Notes: generated by a model from the letters alone, not told the origin. 64,000 nt of DNA from an uncultured Nitrososphaerota archaeon (GCA_963701075.1 OY969559.1:1600001-1664000), one strand, 5' to 3'. Positions 11,062 through 21,874 are shown, counted from the first letter of the stretch. Program-made: numbers and translations.

Positions 11062-11631
11062 ATGAGAGGGATCACTAACCTTGTTAACGAACAAGGTATC
11101 GCAACCCATTATAAATTGCATGACCAATGGTATGGTATAATGAACATACAAGAACTAAAGACCCATCAGAAACTGCTTGCTATGATTGTGGGCGTTGCAG
11201 TAATTGCCACAATAGGCGGCTCACTTGCATATGCACAGACAAACACTGGTTCAGGTCAAACACCAATACAGGGTTCAATCAACCTTCCACAGATGATACT
11301 ATCTAGTGTGAAGACTTCATTTACAACTGCTGCAACAACTGCTGCAGGTCAGGTAACTGGAGGACAAGTGCTATCAGGAGGTCTCAGAGACATACATGGC
11401 TCTGTTGTCTATGCCTTTAAGGTAACAGACGGCAAGAGTGTCTACTCTGTCATAGTAGATGCTGGAAACGGCGCTGTGCTCAAGACATCACAAGGACATC
11501 CATTAACGCTGGCTTCTCTTATCGGAGGCGGCATGGGTGGACATGGAAAAATGATGCACGGACACATGGGAATGTGGAAGAAACCAAGCAATAGTACAAC
11601 AACTGTTGCCCCAACTGACTTTCAAGAATAG
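11062..11631 (+). CDS. Secreted PepSY-like protein (start probably 11140)
   Basis: Signal peptide ending AYA; VVYAFKV...VIVDAGNGAVL PepSY-like motif; His/Met/Gly-rich tail. Confidence 0.7.
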   Translation: MRGITNLVNEQGIATHYKLHDQWYGIMNIQELKTHQKLLAMIVGVAVIATIGGSLAYAQTNTGSGQTPIQGSINLPQMILSSVKTSFTTAATTAAGQVTGGQVLSGGLRDIHGSVVYAFKVTDGKSVYSVIVDAGNGAVLKTSQGHPLTLASLIGGGMGGHGKMMHGHMGMWKKPSNSTTTVAPTDFQE

Positions 11632-11643
11632 AATCTAGGAAGC

Positions 11644-11675
11644 CTTTTTTATTTTATTTTTATTTTTCATATTTT
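11644..11675 (+). terminator. Oligo-T archaeal terminator
   Basis: cttttttattttattttttattttt-like tract just after the stop at 11631, between convergent genes. Confidence 0.5.
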
Positions 11676-11718
11676 GTATTGGATAATCTTTAGAATATTT
11701 TTAGAATCTCTTATCGCA

Positions 11719-12489
11719 TCACTCTAATAATTTCTTTATTGTTGTGGAAGCCAGAGTTACAAAAACAACTGTGGCAATAAGTAACACAAGTATGTCAACG
11801 AGTAAATTTCCATACGCTCCAGAAAGAAGCATGGATCTGAGTGCATCCACTACATAACTGAGTGGATTTGCTATAGAGATATACTGAAGCCAGATAGGCA
11901 TTACAGAGATTGGATATATTGCGTTACTTGCAAAGAAAAGCGGCATGGTTAACGCTTGACCAATCCCCATCATCCTGTCTCGAGTTTTCAGATACGAAGC
12001 AAGAAACATTGAAAAACTTGAAAAACACATGGCAAATAGTATCACAACAGCAAAAACGCCTGCGATGTCAAGTGGGTCAAATCTTATTTTGACTCCAATT
12101 ATCAATGCCAAAGCAAATATCATTACGGCTTGAAAGACTCCCCTTATACCTGCAGCGAGTGATTTTCCCAAAACTATTGATGAACGCGGTGATGGGGTTG
12201 ACAGGAGTTTGGTAAGTATTCCTACGTCTTTCTCCCAGACTACAGTTATGCCATAGAAAATGGAAATAAACAAGACGGATTGTGCCAATATGCCAGGAGT
12301 GATGAATTGGATATACGAAAAATTACCAGATGGCATGGCTCTTATTGTGTTAAGGGTCTCTCCAAAAACAAGTAGCCAAAGCGCGGGTTGAATAATTCGA
12401 GTCCAAAGCTCAGTGGAATCATGACGAATTTTTCTTGCCTCCATCTCTGCAATTGTAATAGAACTAGAAAGAAATCTTCTGATGTTCAT
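11719..12489 (-). CDS. ABC-2 type exporter permease (DrrB-like)
   Basis: Six TMs; FITPGIL, WEKDVGIL..LL.TP and NPLSYVVDALR motifs; overlaps the ATPase gene. Confidence 0.9.
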   Translation of the reverse strand: MNIRRFLSSSITIAEMEARKIRHDSTELWTRIIQPALWLLVFGETLNTIRAMPSGNFSYIQFITPGILAQSVLFISIFYGITVVWEKDVGILTKLLSTPSPRSSIVLGKSLAAGIRGVFQAVMIFALALIIGVKIRFDPLDIAGVFAVVILFAMCFSSFSMFLASYLKTRDRMMGIGQALTMPLFFASNAIYPISVMPIWLQYISIANPLSYVVDALRSMLLSGAYGNLLVDILVLLIATVVFVTLASTTIKKLLE

Positions 12490-13526
12490 CTTGCACGCCT
12501 CACAAAATCACGACGGGTTCTACGGGTGGCTTTGTACACATCATCTTCAAGTCTTCGCTTGGCATATTTCATAAAAACATCGTCCAAGTTTGCTTTGTTA
12601 ATTGAGATGGATTCAACCCTAATTTCATGGCCCCTAAAGAAATCTGCCATTAGTGGGATCGCTTCTTCGCCATTAGTTGTCAAAATCTGAATGGATTTTT
12701 CATTACGGTTTATGATGCAGCCTATCTCTTTTGGTAGCGACATGATTGAAGGAACAGATGCGAGATTCACGGTGACAATATCTCCCCCTACATTTCTTTT
12801 TAATTCCTCAGGTGTTCCCAAAATTGCTATCTTGCCTTCCGACATGATTGCTATTCTGTTGCAGAGCTCATCTGCTTCATTCATGTCATGCGTAGTGATT
12901 AAAATCGTAACACCGAACTCTTGATTTAATTGCTTGATGTTCTCCCATACTTGTTTTTTTGAGGAAGGATCAAGACCAATACTTGGTTCATCTAAAAGCA
13001 GAATCTTTGGCCGATTTACAAGAGCTTGTGCTATTTCTAGCCTGCGCATCATTCCTCCACTGTAACGCTTGACAATATCGTGTGCCCTACTTGAAAGATC
13101 CATGTATTCTAACGCATCTTTTATTCGCTCATTGCGTTCCATCTTATTTACATACGATAATTTAGAAAATATCAGTAAATTTTCATATGCAGTAAGATCA
13201 GTATCAACAGATATGCTCTGTGGTACATACCCAAGCATTTCTCTCACAGTTTCTGGCGATTTGAAAACATCTACTCCAAGTACATGCAATGTACCAGAGG
13301 TTGCTTTGGTGAGAGTTATTATCATCTTGATTGTAGTAGTTTTGCCTGCCCCGTTTGGACCAAGCAAGCCAAATATCTCCCCTTGTTTAACTGAGAAACT
13401 TATTCCATCCACTGCCCTAATGTTATCACGATAAACTTTTGTTAAACGGTCTGCCGTTATTGCATTTATTTCGGGCATGTTTGGATCATCAGAATCAGAA
13501 TTCATGAAAACATCAGTTGTTATCAC
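12486..13526 (-). CDS. ABC-2 exporter ATP-binding protein (DrrA-like)
   Basis: GPNGAGKTT, YSGGMMRRLEIA, LLLDEPSIGLD, TTHDMNEA. Confidence 0.95.
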   Translation of the reverse strand: MITTDVFMNSDSDDPNMPEINAITADRLTKVYRDNIRAVDGISFSVKQGEIFGLLGPNGAGKTTTIKMIITLTKATSGTLHVLGVDVFKSPETVREMLGYVPQSISVDTDLTAYENLLIFSKLSYVNKMERNERIKDALEYMDLSSRAHDIVKRYSGGMMRRLEIAQALVNRPKILLLDEPSIGLDPSSKKQVWENIKQLNQEFGVTILITTHDMNEADELCNRIAIMSEGKIAILGTPEELKRNVGGDIVTVNLASVPSIMSLPKEIGCIINRNEKSIQILTTNGEEAIPLMADFFRGHEIRVESISINKANLDDVFMKYAKRRLEDDVYKATRRTRRDFVRRAR

Positions 13527-13599
13527 ATGTGTTACATGTGTAATATAATAGAATCATATCAACTGTCAAACAGAGAACTACCATTTCATTCAAATTATA

Positions 13600-15048
13600 A
13601 TGCAATTAGAGACTAGCTGTATAAAGCGAGTTTACGAAATGGAGTACAAATGGATCGTCCTAACAAATACTACACTGGCAATTCTAATGGCATCACTTGA
13701 TGCCAACATTGTGATAATAGCTCTGCCTAAGATCTCTTCTGATCTTCACGCATCAATATTTGAGACAATATGGGTTGTTTTATCATATGGGCTTGTCACT
13801 ACTACTGTTCTTTTGAGTTTTGGCAGACTTGCGGACATGTTTGGCCGAGTCAAACTATACAATCTCGGTCTTATAGTATTCACAGTTGGCTCTGCCCTTT
13901 GCGGTTTTTCCAACTCGGGTCAAGAATTGATCCTATTTAGAATAGTCCAAGCACTTGGAGCAGCTTTTCTTTTCTCAAATAGTGCCGCCATACTGACCGA
14001 TGCATTTGACGTAAAAGAACGCGGAAAAGCACTTGGACTAAACCAAGTTTCCATAGTAGTAGGCTCTGTAACAGGACTTGTTCTTGGAGGTCTGTTAACT
14101 GATACACTTGGCTGGAGATCTATATTTTGGGTGAATGTTCCAATTGGAGTATTTGGAGCCATATGGTCTCACGTAAAGCTCAGAGAACTTGGAACAAAAA
14201 CCGGAGGCAGGATTGACTGGATAGGCAACTGCTTTCTAGCTTCTGGGTTAATCTTGCTTTTGCTTGGGCTAACACTTGGACCATTACAGATGTTATCGAA
14301 GATTGTAGAATTACTCATGATTTTTGGCGGTCTTGCATTGTTGATACTGTTTGTTTTTGCAGAGTCAAAGATTGATGATCCAATGTTTGACGTAAAACTA
14401 TTTAGGTTACGAATCTTTACCACTGGAAACTTTAGTGTGTTTCTCAATGCCATTGCAAGAGGTGCACTCATATTGATAATGACGTTTTACCTGGAAGGCC
14501 CCACCATGAAGCTTAGTGCGTTGGAAGCTGGGCTATACCTCATCCCTGTATCATTTACAATGGCAACGTTTGGCCCGATAAGCGGCTGGCTCTCTGACAA
14601 ATATGGTTCTAAATTTTTCATCATAGGTGGACTCTTGATCTCTGCGGTGGGATTTCTAATTCTCACTAGATTACAGCCGCATGAAAATTTTTCACATCTT
14701 TTGATACCACTTGTATTGGTGGGCTCTGGCATGGGCATGTTTGCAGCCCCCAACAGGACAGCCGTGATGAATTCAGTTCCAGCTCACAGAAGAGGTACTG
14801 CTTCTGGCATGACCACTACACTTGTAACTCTTGGCAACATCTTGAGTCTTGGATTATCATTTCTAATCATCACACAGACAGTTCCAATATCTGATCTTGA
14901 GGCAATCTTTACTGGCGGGAACGCCAATTTTACAAACGCAGTGAATTTTGTCAATTCTATTCACGTGATCTTTTTCTTATCTGCGGCAGTACTTTTTGCC
15001 TCAATAATTCCCTCGATAATTGAACGGCCCCCAAAACCACAAGATTGA
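13600..15048 (+). CDS. MFS drug:H+ antiporter, DHA2 (EmrB/QacA) family
   Basis: 14-TM pattern; LDANIV.IALP, GRLADMFGR, GWRSIFWVNVPIG. Confidence 0.92.
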   Translation: MQLETSCIKRVYEMEYKWIVLTNTTLAILMASLDANIVIIALPKISSDLHASIFETIWVVLSYGLVTTTVLLSFGRLADMFGRVKLYNLGLIVFTVGSALCGFSNSGQELILFRIVQALGAAFLFSNSAAILTDAFDVKERGKALGLNQVSIVVGSVTGLVLGGLLTDTLGWRSIFWVNVPIGVFGAIWSHVKLRELGTKTGGRIDWIGNCFLASGLILLLLGLTLGPLQMLSKIVELLMIFGGLALLILFVFAESKIDDPMFDVKLFRLRIFTTGNFSVFLNAIARGALILIMTFYLEGPTMKLSALEAGLYLIPVSFTMATFGPISGWLSDKYGSKFFIIGGLLISAVGFLILTRLQPHENFSHLLIPLVLVGSGMGMFAAPNRTAVMNSVPAHRRGTASGMTTTLVTLGNILSLGLSFLIITQTVPISDLEAIFTGGNANFTNAVNFVNSIHVIFFLSAAVLFASIIPSIIERPPKPQD

Positions 15049-15179
15049 GTACCTCTCAAGTTTCCAGAATATGTTTGGGTTCTCATGCTACGTTGAAGAA
15101 ATAGCCAAGTATATTTTTGTAGATTTTTTTAATTTTGCAAGCATGGCGTGCCTTTGTTTTAAAAAATTCTCAGACTGAT

Positions 15180-16298
15180 TTACACTCGTGGTGTAAATCT
15201 CAGTCTTGTCTTGGTTGAGATTGCAATTATTGATATGATTGCAATTGCAAGTACTATCGCTGCAATCGGGCCAAACTCTGGAATTACGATTGTACCGATT
15301 ATCTCTATTTGTGATGTCCCGTCTGTGAATGGAATTTGTAGCGTTCTAGCAGTAGCAGTATTGCTGGTCTCTTGGAATTGGTCGTTTTCTTGGCCATCAT
15401 TTAACACAAAGAACTGATCATCGCTGCCATCAGTCTTCTTTGCATCAATTAATGCTCTTGGCATGTTAATTGTCAGTGTACCATCGCCATTTGTCTGAAT
15501 TGATACAATTAGCGACTTGGAATTGGTGTCAGCTTTGATATCAAGAACTTTTCCATTTGTTATGCTATATGTTACTGACATGTTTGTACCATCTACAGGA
15601 ATGGTGGTTCCTGAAGAAACGTGCGAGCCTGAGAACTGGAATGTTGTTGTTGCAGACCTGTCTGGGCCGCCATACTGTACATATATTGAATATGCACCAG
15701 CAGCCTGCCACAATGCACCGCCTGCTGTAAGATCAGTAGAAAATGTCTTGTCAGATCCTATTGGAATTTGACTAATCGTTACAATATTTCCAACCGGATT
15801 TCTTAGAATGAGTGTAAGAGGGGTATCACCAAGATAATCTTTTGTTGAGCCTGAAATTACCATCTTGTCTCCATCATTATAAGATGATTGATCAGTTGTA
15901 ACTGTGACTACTGATGTAGGTAGACCCATGGACGCTATTGCAGATGAACTGCCAGATTCGTTTGTTATCAGATATGAAGGAGGGGGCAAATTAGTGGGAA
16001 CAGTATAATTGTAAATAGGATGAGCAAGTGAGCCCGGTGGCGCCGTATAATTAGAGCCCATATTCATGGCAGGGTTTGCAGTGGAATTAGAGCCCATATT
16101 CATGGCAGGGTTTGCAGTGGAATTAGAGCCCATATTCATGGCCGTGGAATTTGATGCCGTAGAATTAGAACCTGTAGAATTAGCCATCTGTGCAAATACT
16201 GGAGATATGCCAGCTGCACTTAACAAAATACCAAGTAACACTAGCCCTTTAACGCTAATTTTCACTAAGGACGAGTTTGTTTTCTCATATATAAGCAA
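15180..16298 (-). CDS. PEFG-CTERM sorting-domain surface protein
   Basis: Signal peptide; MNMGSNSTANPA repeats (36-bp units, ~16050-16140); C-terminal IPEFG + TM + basic tail. Confidence 0.9.
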   Translation of the reverse strand: MLIYEKTNSSLVKISVKGLVLLGILLSAAGISPVFAQMANSTGSNSTASNSTAMNMGSNSTANPAMNMGSNSTANPAMNMGSNYTAPPGSLAHPIYNYTVPTNLPPPSYLITNESGSSSAIASMGLPTSVVTVTTDQSSYNDGDKMVISGSTKDYLGDTPLTLILRNPVGNIVTISQIPIGSDKTFSTDLTAGGALWQAAGAYSIYVQYGGPDRSATTTFQFSGSHVSSGTTIPVDGTNMSVTYSITNGKVLDIKADTNSKSLIVSIQTNGDGTLTINMPRALIDAKKTDGSDDQFFVLNDGQENDQFQETSNTATARTLQIPFTDGTSQIEIIGTIVIPEFGPIAAIVLAIAIISIIAISTKTRLRFTPRV

Positions 16299-16379
16299 TT
16301 ACTAAAAATTAATTAATTCCTGAATGAATTGCAATTGGCAAAACTTTGCTCTGTTTTAGTTTTTTGCAGTACCCTACAC

Positions 16380-17585
16380 TCACAATGCCCCAAACTCTTT
16401 AGTCCATTTATCGTATTTATCCAGCATGGCATCGTTGACACTGGGCTTTCGTCTTGCAATGACATCCTCAAAGTCTTTTGTTGATATACTTCTAGGTTGA
16501 GAACCACCGGCGATGTCCTTTTTCTGTGAATCCATTTTTTCGAAAAACTCATCAATTATTTGTAATTGAGTGGACTGACAGATGTCTTTGATGTCACTTG
16601 CACTATAACCAGATGTAGCGGCAGAAAGCTTTTTCAGATCTATCGAGCCTTCGCTTTTTATTTTTGAAATATAAAGAGAAAATAAATTTTCCCTTGCTTC
16701 AAGAGAAGGAAGTGGAATGTAGATCCTCTTTGTAAATCTTCGAAGAAAAGGCCAATCCAAATTCCATGGCTTGTTTGTGGCAGCCATCACATACATCTGA
16801 ATATCTTTTCCCTTGCTGTTTATGCCATCCATCTCTGTGAGAAACTGGTTTTTTACTCTCACTTCTCCACCGTTTTCACTTTGTGTGTCTCCAAGAAGTG
16901 AGTCAACCTCGTCTATAAGCATGATAACAGGATTGTTTTTTGATGCATAGCCTCGCGCCATAGTGAATAGCTTTGACACATTCTTCTCGGCTTCTCCTAA
17001 CCATTTGTTCATCACAGATGCCGCATCTACATTTATGAAATCTCCTTGTATCTCGCTAGCAGATGCAGCTGCGAGGAGAGTTTTGCCACACCCAGGAGGT
17101 CCATACAAGAGAATCCCTCTTGGCCAACCAAGAGTAAACAAGTCTGGTCTTCTGGTCGGATAAACTATTGATTCGCGTAGCGCTCTTTTTGCGTCTTCAT
17201 GACCTATTACCTCAGTCCAGCTAACATTTGGTTTTTCTTTAAGTATCATCTTGTCCATTTCGCCTCCACGGACAGGTGCGTTTGTAGTAGACCCTGATTT
17301 CATGTCAGAACTTGGCTTTGCATCAGAGCTTGGCCTGGCATCAGAGCTTGGAGTGGATTCATGGTATCCGCGTAGCGAGTTTATCTTAGACTGGTATACA
17401 TTACAACGGTCTTTGTATATCGTATTTATCGGATTTTCAGGAAAAAGTTGAATCATTTTAATGAGTGCGTCAACAGCTCTTTGATAGTTTGCAACTGCCA
17501 TGCCGTTTGCACCTGCCTCTTCTTGCTTTATCGCTTCTGCCGCATGCTTGCTAGCTATGGCTTCTAATTCTACTACAGCACTCAT
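16380..17585 (-). CDS. cdvC: CdvC/Vps4-type AAA+ ATPase (MIT domain + AAA)
   Basis: MIT-like N-terminus (A..AIK.E..G....A...YQ.A...L), GPPGCGKT, IDEVD, AATNKPW.LD.PFLRRF. Likely start MSAVVE at 17585. Confidence 0.88.
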   Translation of the reverse strand: MSAVVELEAIASKHAAEAIKQEEAGANGMAVANYQRAVDALIKMIQLFPENPINTIYKDRCNVYQSKINSLRGYHESTPSSDARPSSDAKPSSDMKSGSTTNAPVRGGEMDKMILKEKPNVSWTEVIGHEDAKRALRESIVYPTRRPDLFTLGWPRGILLYGPPGCGKTLLAAASASEIQGDFINVDAASVMNKWLGEAEKNVSKLFTMARGYASKNNPVIMLIDEVDSLLGDTQSENGGEVRVKNQFLTEMDGINSKGKDIQMYVMAATNKPWNLDWPFLRRFTKRIYIPLPSLEARENLFSLYISKIKSEGSIDLKKLSAATSGYSASDIKDICQSTQLQIIDEFFEKMDSQKKDIAGGSQPRSISTKDFEDVIARRKPSVNDAMLDKYDKWTKEFGAL

Positions 17586-17804
17586 ACCTACAGTAATCTG
17601 TTCATACGGCTCAAAATCATAAAATGTGAAGGTATATGCAATCATTTGTTAAATTAATTACATTCAATTCGTTCAGCAAACCCAAAAAGAACACTTTAGG
17701 TCTAATTAATTAAAACGAGTTTTCTCCCTTTTTATGATATGTGTATATTTCAGAGAAGAATTAGATGAAAGAATATCTGTCGTCAGTATTGATCACCTAT
17801 CAAT

Positions 17805-19574
17805 CTAGAGTTTCTGAAAAATACTCTCTATCATGGAAATTATATTACTGAAAATTTCTTCTGGTGTGTTTACCACTTGATTTATCGCTGCTACAGAACT
17901 AGTTTGCTTCTGGTTTGAGCTTGGAGCAGATGTTGTAGACGGAGTTGATTGAGTGGTTGATGGGGTAGATGAGGAGGATGATGGAGTTGATGTAGACGGA
18001 GTTGATTGAGTGGTTGATGGGGTAGATGAGGAGGATGATGGAGTTGATGTAGACGGAGTTGATTGAGTGGTTGATGGGGTAGATGAGGAGGATGATGGAG
18101 TTGATGTAGACGGAGTTGATTGAGTGGTTGATGGGGTAGATGAGGAGGATGATGGAGTTGATGTAGACGGAGTTGATTGAGTGGTTGATGGGGTAGATGA
18201 GGAGGATGATGGAGTTGATGTAGACGGAGTTGATTGAGTGGTTGATGGGGTAGATGAGGAGGATGATGGAGTTGATGTAGACGGAGTTGATTGAGTGGTT
18301 GATGGGGTAGATGAGGAGGATGATGGAGTTGATGATAGAGCGGACGACGATACAGATAATGAAGATGTACCAGAGCTGCCTGAATGACTAGAATCTCCAG
18401 CATAGGTAGCAGTTATTGTTATGCCGCTAGATGAGGCGGTGGGCGGGGTATATGTCAAAGCACATTGGTTATTTGCAAGTATACACACATTTGGACTAAA
18501 AATTCCTCCTGCGCCGTTATCACTCCATGATATGATACCGATCGTAGAGGAAGACGGATTTGAAGTGTCAGCAACAGTTGCAGTTACAGTCATCGCAGTG
18601 CCCGGAGTAAATGTTTCAGAATTTGGTGTAACCGTAGTGGTTGTTGCATCAAGCTGGCTTGTCGATATTTGCGATGTGGCTGAGCTGCTTAAATGAGTAC
18701 TATCACCTGAATAGGTAGCATTGATTGTAATTGCATTTAGAGGATTTGTAGAGGTAGCATACGTTGTTACGCATGTTCCTGATGGCAATGCACAAGAAGA
18801 TGGATTGAATGTACCACCAGCATTATTGTCACTAAACGAAATAGTGCCTGAAAGTGCAGTAGGTGAGCTTGATGTATCACTTGCTTGAACTGTAAATGTC
18901 AATGTTCCATTGGAAGGCAGGACGGCGGAATTTGGCGTAATAGTTGTACTTGTAAGATCAAGTTGGTTTGTTGTCAGAGTTGATGTTCCACTACTTGTGG
19001 CGTGAGTTGAATCACCTCCATAACTTGCGGTTATTGTAACTGAAGAAGAGCTGGCGGAAGGAGTGTATGATGTGGTACAGCTACCCGATGACAATGCACA
19101 TGCTGGTGGGTTAAATGTGCCTCCTGCACCATTGTCAGTCCATAGCATGGTTCCGGTAGGGGTAGCAGATAGGTTTGAGGTATCACTAACAGTTACAGTA
19201 AGTGTTACAGATGATCCAGGATTTGCCGTAGCTGAATTTGGCGATACAGTGACAGTTGTAGAATCTTGAGTGTTGGAAACAGATGTACTATTGCTGTCGG
19301 TAAATACAATACTGCCATTATCTGCCATTGCCGGAAGAACAGTAAAGCCGCCTAAAAGCGATGAACCCAATATGCAAAATATAAGAAAAAATGGAATCAC
19401 GGAATTTCGCATGTTTCGTTTACCATGTGCATTCCATTTATCGGATGTTACATGTCTGTTTTTCTCATACATCTGTTCCCTGAAAGGAATTTTGAGATAA
19501 TATGACCCGTTGTAGAACCTTGGTAACTTGTATGTGAAGATTTTTACAAACAGATGATGAAAGCTTGATTGCAA
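17805..19574 (-). CDS. Secreted Ig-like-repeat (Big-type) adhesin-like protein with a Ser/Thr/Pro stalk; real start probably downstream (MRNSVIP)
   Basis: Three repeats of T.TV.P...W.DN.AGG.F.P..C.L....C..TY....ITA.Y.GD..H; signal peptide. Confidence 0.85.
   Translation of the reverse strand: MQSSFHHLFVKIFTYKLPRFYNGSYYLKIPFREQMYEKNRHVTSDKWNAHGKRNMRNSVIPFFLIFCILGSSLLGGFTVLPAMADNGSIVFTDSNSTSVSNTQDSTTVTVSPNSATANPGSSVTLTVTVSDTSNLSATPTGTMLWTDNGAGGTFNPPACALSSGSCTTSYTPSASSSSVTITASYGGDSTHATSSGTSTLTTNQLDLTSTTITPNSAVLPSNGTLTFTVQASDTSSSPTALSGTISFSDNNAGGTFNPSSCALPSGTCVTTYATSTNPLNAITINATYSGDSTHLSSSATSQISTSQLDATTTTVTPNSETFTPGTAMTVTATVADTSNPSSSTIGIISWSDNGAGGIFSPNVCILANNQCALTYTPPTASSSGITITATYAGDSSHSGSSGTSSLSVSSSALSSTPSSSSSTPSTTQSTPSTSTPSSSSSTPSTTQSTPSTSTPSSSSSTPSTTQSTPSTSTPSSSSSTPSTTQSTPSTSTPSSSSSTPSTTQSTPSTSTPSSSSSTPSTTQSTPSTSTPSSSSSTPSTTQSTPSTTSAPSSNQKQTSSVAAINQVVNTPEEIFSNIISMIESIFQKL
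17935..18333 (-). repeat. 57-bp perfect tandem repeat x7 (19-aa unit TPSSSSSTPSTTQSTPSTS)
   Basis: Units start at 17935, 17992, 18049, 18106, 18163, 18220 and 18277. Confidence 0.95.
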
Positions 19575-19595
19575 TTGTCATTTCCACCAAAATAT

Positions 19596-20348
19596 CTAAG
19601 TAACCTTGATTATTCCACTAGATACTAGATATTGTATTCCTTTTACAAAATCGTCATCTGATATCTGTCCTTGTGCCCACCACAAAGCACTTGTTTTAAC
19701 CCAAGCAGGAATCTGCTGCGATGAGGAAGATTGCACAGCTTGTGTTTGAGGCATCTTTAGTATTCCTTGCTGTATTAGATATTGCACACCTTGTATAAAA
19801 TCAGAATCGCCAAGCTGGCCTTGTGCCCACCATTTAGCGTTATTTCTTACCCAACTTGGTATTGAGCTTGTAGTAGACGAGGAATTTGTCATACTACCTT
19901 GTGTCATGTTAGAGTTTTGGCTACTATTACCTCCTTGTGTTGAATTTTGTGAGGCATACGGATGCATCTTAAAACTTGTCTGGTTTCCATATTGCCCAAA
20001 ATGATACGTTCCATTACCCATGGTTCCATTTTTACCATATTGGTGCGTCACGTATCCACCAGTCATGTTTCCGAATTGGTGCATCATGTAACCTCCGGTC
20101 ATGTTTCCATTAGGATTCATTCGGTAATTACCAGTCATGTTTCCAAAGTGGTGCGTTCTATGAGTTCCAGCGCCTTGATTTTGAAAATAATTATTATGCA
20201 TTCCAGATCCTGCCTGGTTTCCACCTGGCATTGCCTGTCCCATCCCTTGATTGTATTGAGCCCAAGCAGTAGTTGAGCCATATTCTAAGCTAGATAGTAC
20301 AAAAACAAATGCGAGAATTAACGGAATCGCCTTATTCTTGAAAAACAT
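19596..20348 (-). CDS. Secreted protein with GNMTG His/Met-rich repeats and a tandem thaumarchaeal IPxW..WW C-terminal domain
   Basis: IPSWVRNNAKWWAQGQ..DF..G.QYLI..GI occurs twice; signal peptide. Confidence 0.85.
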   Translation of the reverse strand: MFFKNKAIPLILAFVFVLSSLEYGSTTAWAQYNQGMGQAMPGGNQAGSGMHNNYFQNQGAGTHRTHHFGNMTGNYRMNPNGNMTGGYMMHQFGNMTGGYVTHQYGKNGTMGNGTYHFGQYGNQTSFKMHPYASQNSTQGGNSSQNSNMTQGSMTNSSSTTSSIPSWVRNNAKWWAQGQLGDSDFIQGVQYLIQQGILKMPQTQAVQSSSSQQIPAWVKTSALWWAQGQISDDDFVKGIQYLVSSGIIKVT

Positions 20349-20466
20349 AAGTTACAGTACCCCACAGTTTCAGTTTCAATATTCGCGTATTTTAAAATTG
20401 AGCAACAAAGTTTCTGAACATTGTTCTTGTCTAATTTTTTAATGCATGTCAAGTTAGAATCGAGAC

Positions 20467-21376
20467 CTATAATTTTAGTTCGAGTGATTCACGAAGCTCC
20501 TTGCATCGGTTCCGTATTGTCATCTCAGTAGTAGACGAGGAAGCCAGTACAATGGCCTTTTGAGACTTTGACTCGCCATTTATCTGACATGATATGTACA
20601 ATGCAGCGGAAGCAAACCCGACAGGATCTTTTCCTGAAGAGATTCCAATTTTCTTTGCCCGTTCTAAAATATTAAGTGCCGTACGCTTGGTTCGTTCTCT
20701 CACATCTACCTTGCTTGCGATGAAGACAAGTGATTTTACAGGATCTGCGACTGGCAGCTGCAAGTCTCAGCTCTTGAATAAGCTTCCTATAACTCCTAGA
20801 CAAAACTTTTCTATCAATATTGGCAAGATTGGCTATCTCCGACAAGGTATGAGGTATCTCATTTTTTCGGCACACTGCATAGAGCGAAGCTGCAAGTATT
20901 ACAGACGTGGATCTGCCCCTGCAAAGACGATTTAGATGAGCTTTCCTGTAAACATATGCAGTCTCTTGGACCATCATATTTGATAATGCGAGTTTGTCTT
21001 TCAGTCTTTCAAGCTCCGAAAACGCCTGACGATAATTTCTGTCTTCAGATGGATTTACACTTGTTCTACTGTCCCACATGCGGAGCCTTTCAATTTTGTC
21101 TCTTGCGTCAAATGGGATTGGTTTGCCATAGGCGTCCTTGCCTGAATTACCTATTACCGTGTTGAGGCCCATATCATGCATGGCAAGAGATATCGGACTT
21201 CCCACCCTTGACTGTGTTGGTGCGTCATCATAAGATCGCCATTCAGGTCCTGAGTGTTCAAGGTTTTCTTCAAGCACAAGGCCGCAGTGCTGACAGAATA
21301 ATTCTCCTCTAGTGGAATCAGTGATCATCTTTTGTTGTGCGCATCTTGGACAGTTTTTTGAGTACCATTCTTCCAT
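20467..21376 (-). pseudogene. tfb: Transcription initiation factor TFB; +1 frameshift at 20768, probably an artefact
   Basis: Zn ribbon CPRC..CQHCG, GPEWR, two cyclin repeats. Removing one base gives IQELDLQLPVADPVKSL; span is 3n+1. Confidence 0.9.
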
Positions 21377-21377
21377 T

Positions 21378-21755
21378 TTAGTTCACTTTACTTAGTATTT
21401 TTTCTCCAAGTTTGCATAGGTTAGATACCAAGTCACAGCTGACATAGAGCAGTTCTTTACCTAGAGAGAATATGAGTATGGCAATCTTTTCTCGCTTGAT
21501 GATAACATAGTTTACTTTGCCTAGTTTTCCATCAAATTCACGGTGCATTCTTGTAATCAATGCAGCTTCGGTTAGCACGACTTCGCCATCGTTTCTATCT
21601 ATAATGGGCACGAGTCCACGCCTAGTTCTGGAAACTATTGGTTTTCCATTGTCTGTAATGACTACTACGAAACGTATCTTTGGATCGAGTTTGATTACTC
21701 TATCACATGCAGATTCGCAGGTCTCCATCATGGGTTGATGATACATTTGCCCCAC
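21378..21755 (-). CDS. Roadblock/LC7-like protein (thaumarchaeal DUF6659-like)
   Basis: C..VI.LD..IRFVVVI..NG......R.G...R.EFD..LG.V.Y....REK. Confidence 0.8.
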   Translation of the reverse strand: MGQMYHQPMMETCESACDRVIKLDPKIRFVVVITDNGKPIVSRTRRGLVPIIDRNDGEVVLTEAALITRMHREFDGKLGKVNYVIIKREKIAILIFSLGKELLYVSCDLVSNLCKLGEKILSKVN

Positions 21756-21874
21756 GTTGGAAAGGTAAGAAATGCAATGACCGATACATTGGAATTAGCT
21801 ATCGCGTTGTGCCTTGCCACATAATTGAGACGGTAGATAATTTATAATGATTTGCGATACTTTGTTAATGAACA

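Noticed and set aside
17935-18333. Possible CRISPR array
   Set aside because: Units are contiguous with no unique spacers, are a multiple of 3 and lie in frame in a CDS; no cas genes.
17891-18403. 170-aa His/Pro/Gln-rich ORF
   Set aside because: Alternative-frame shadow of the 57-bp repeat inside the Ig-like gene.
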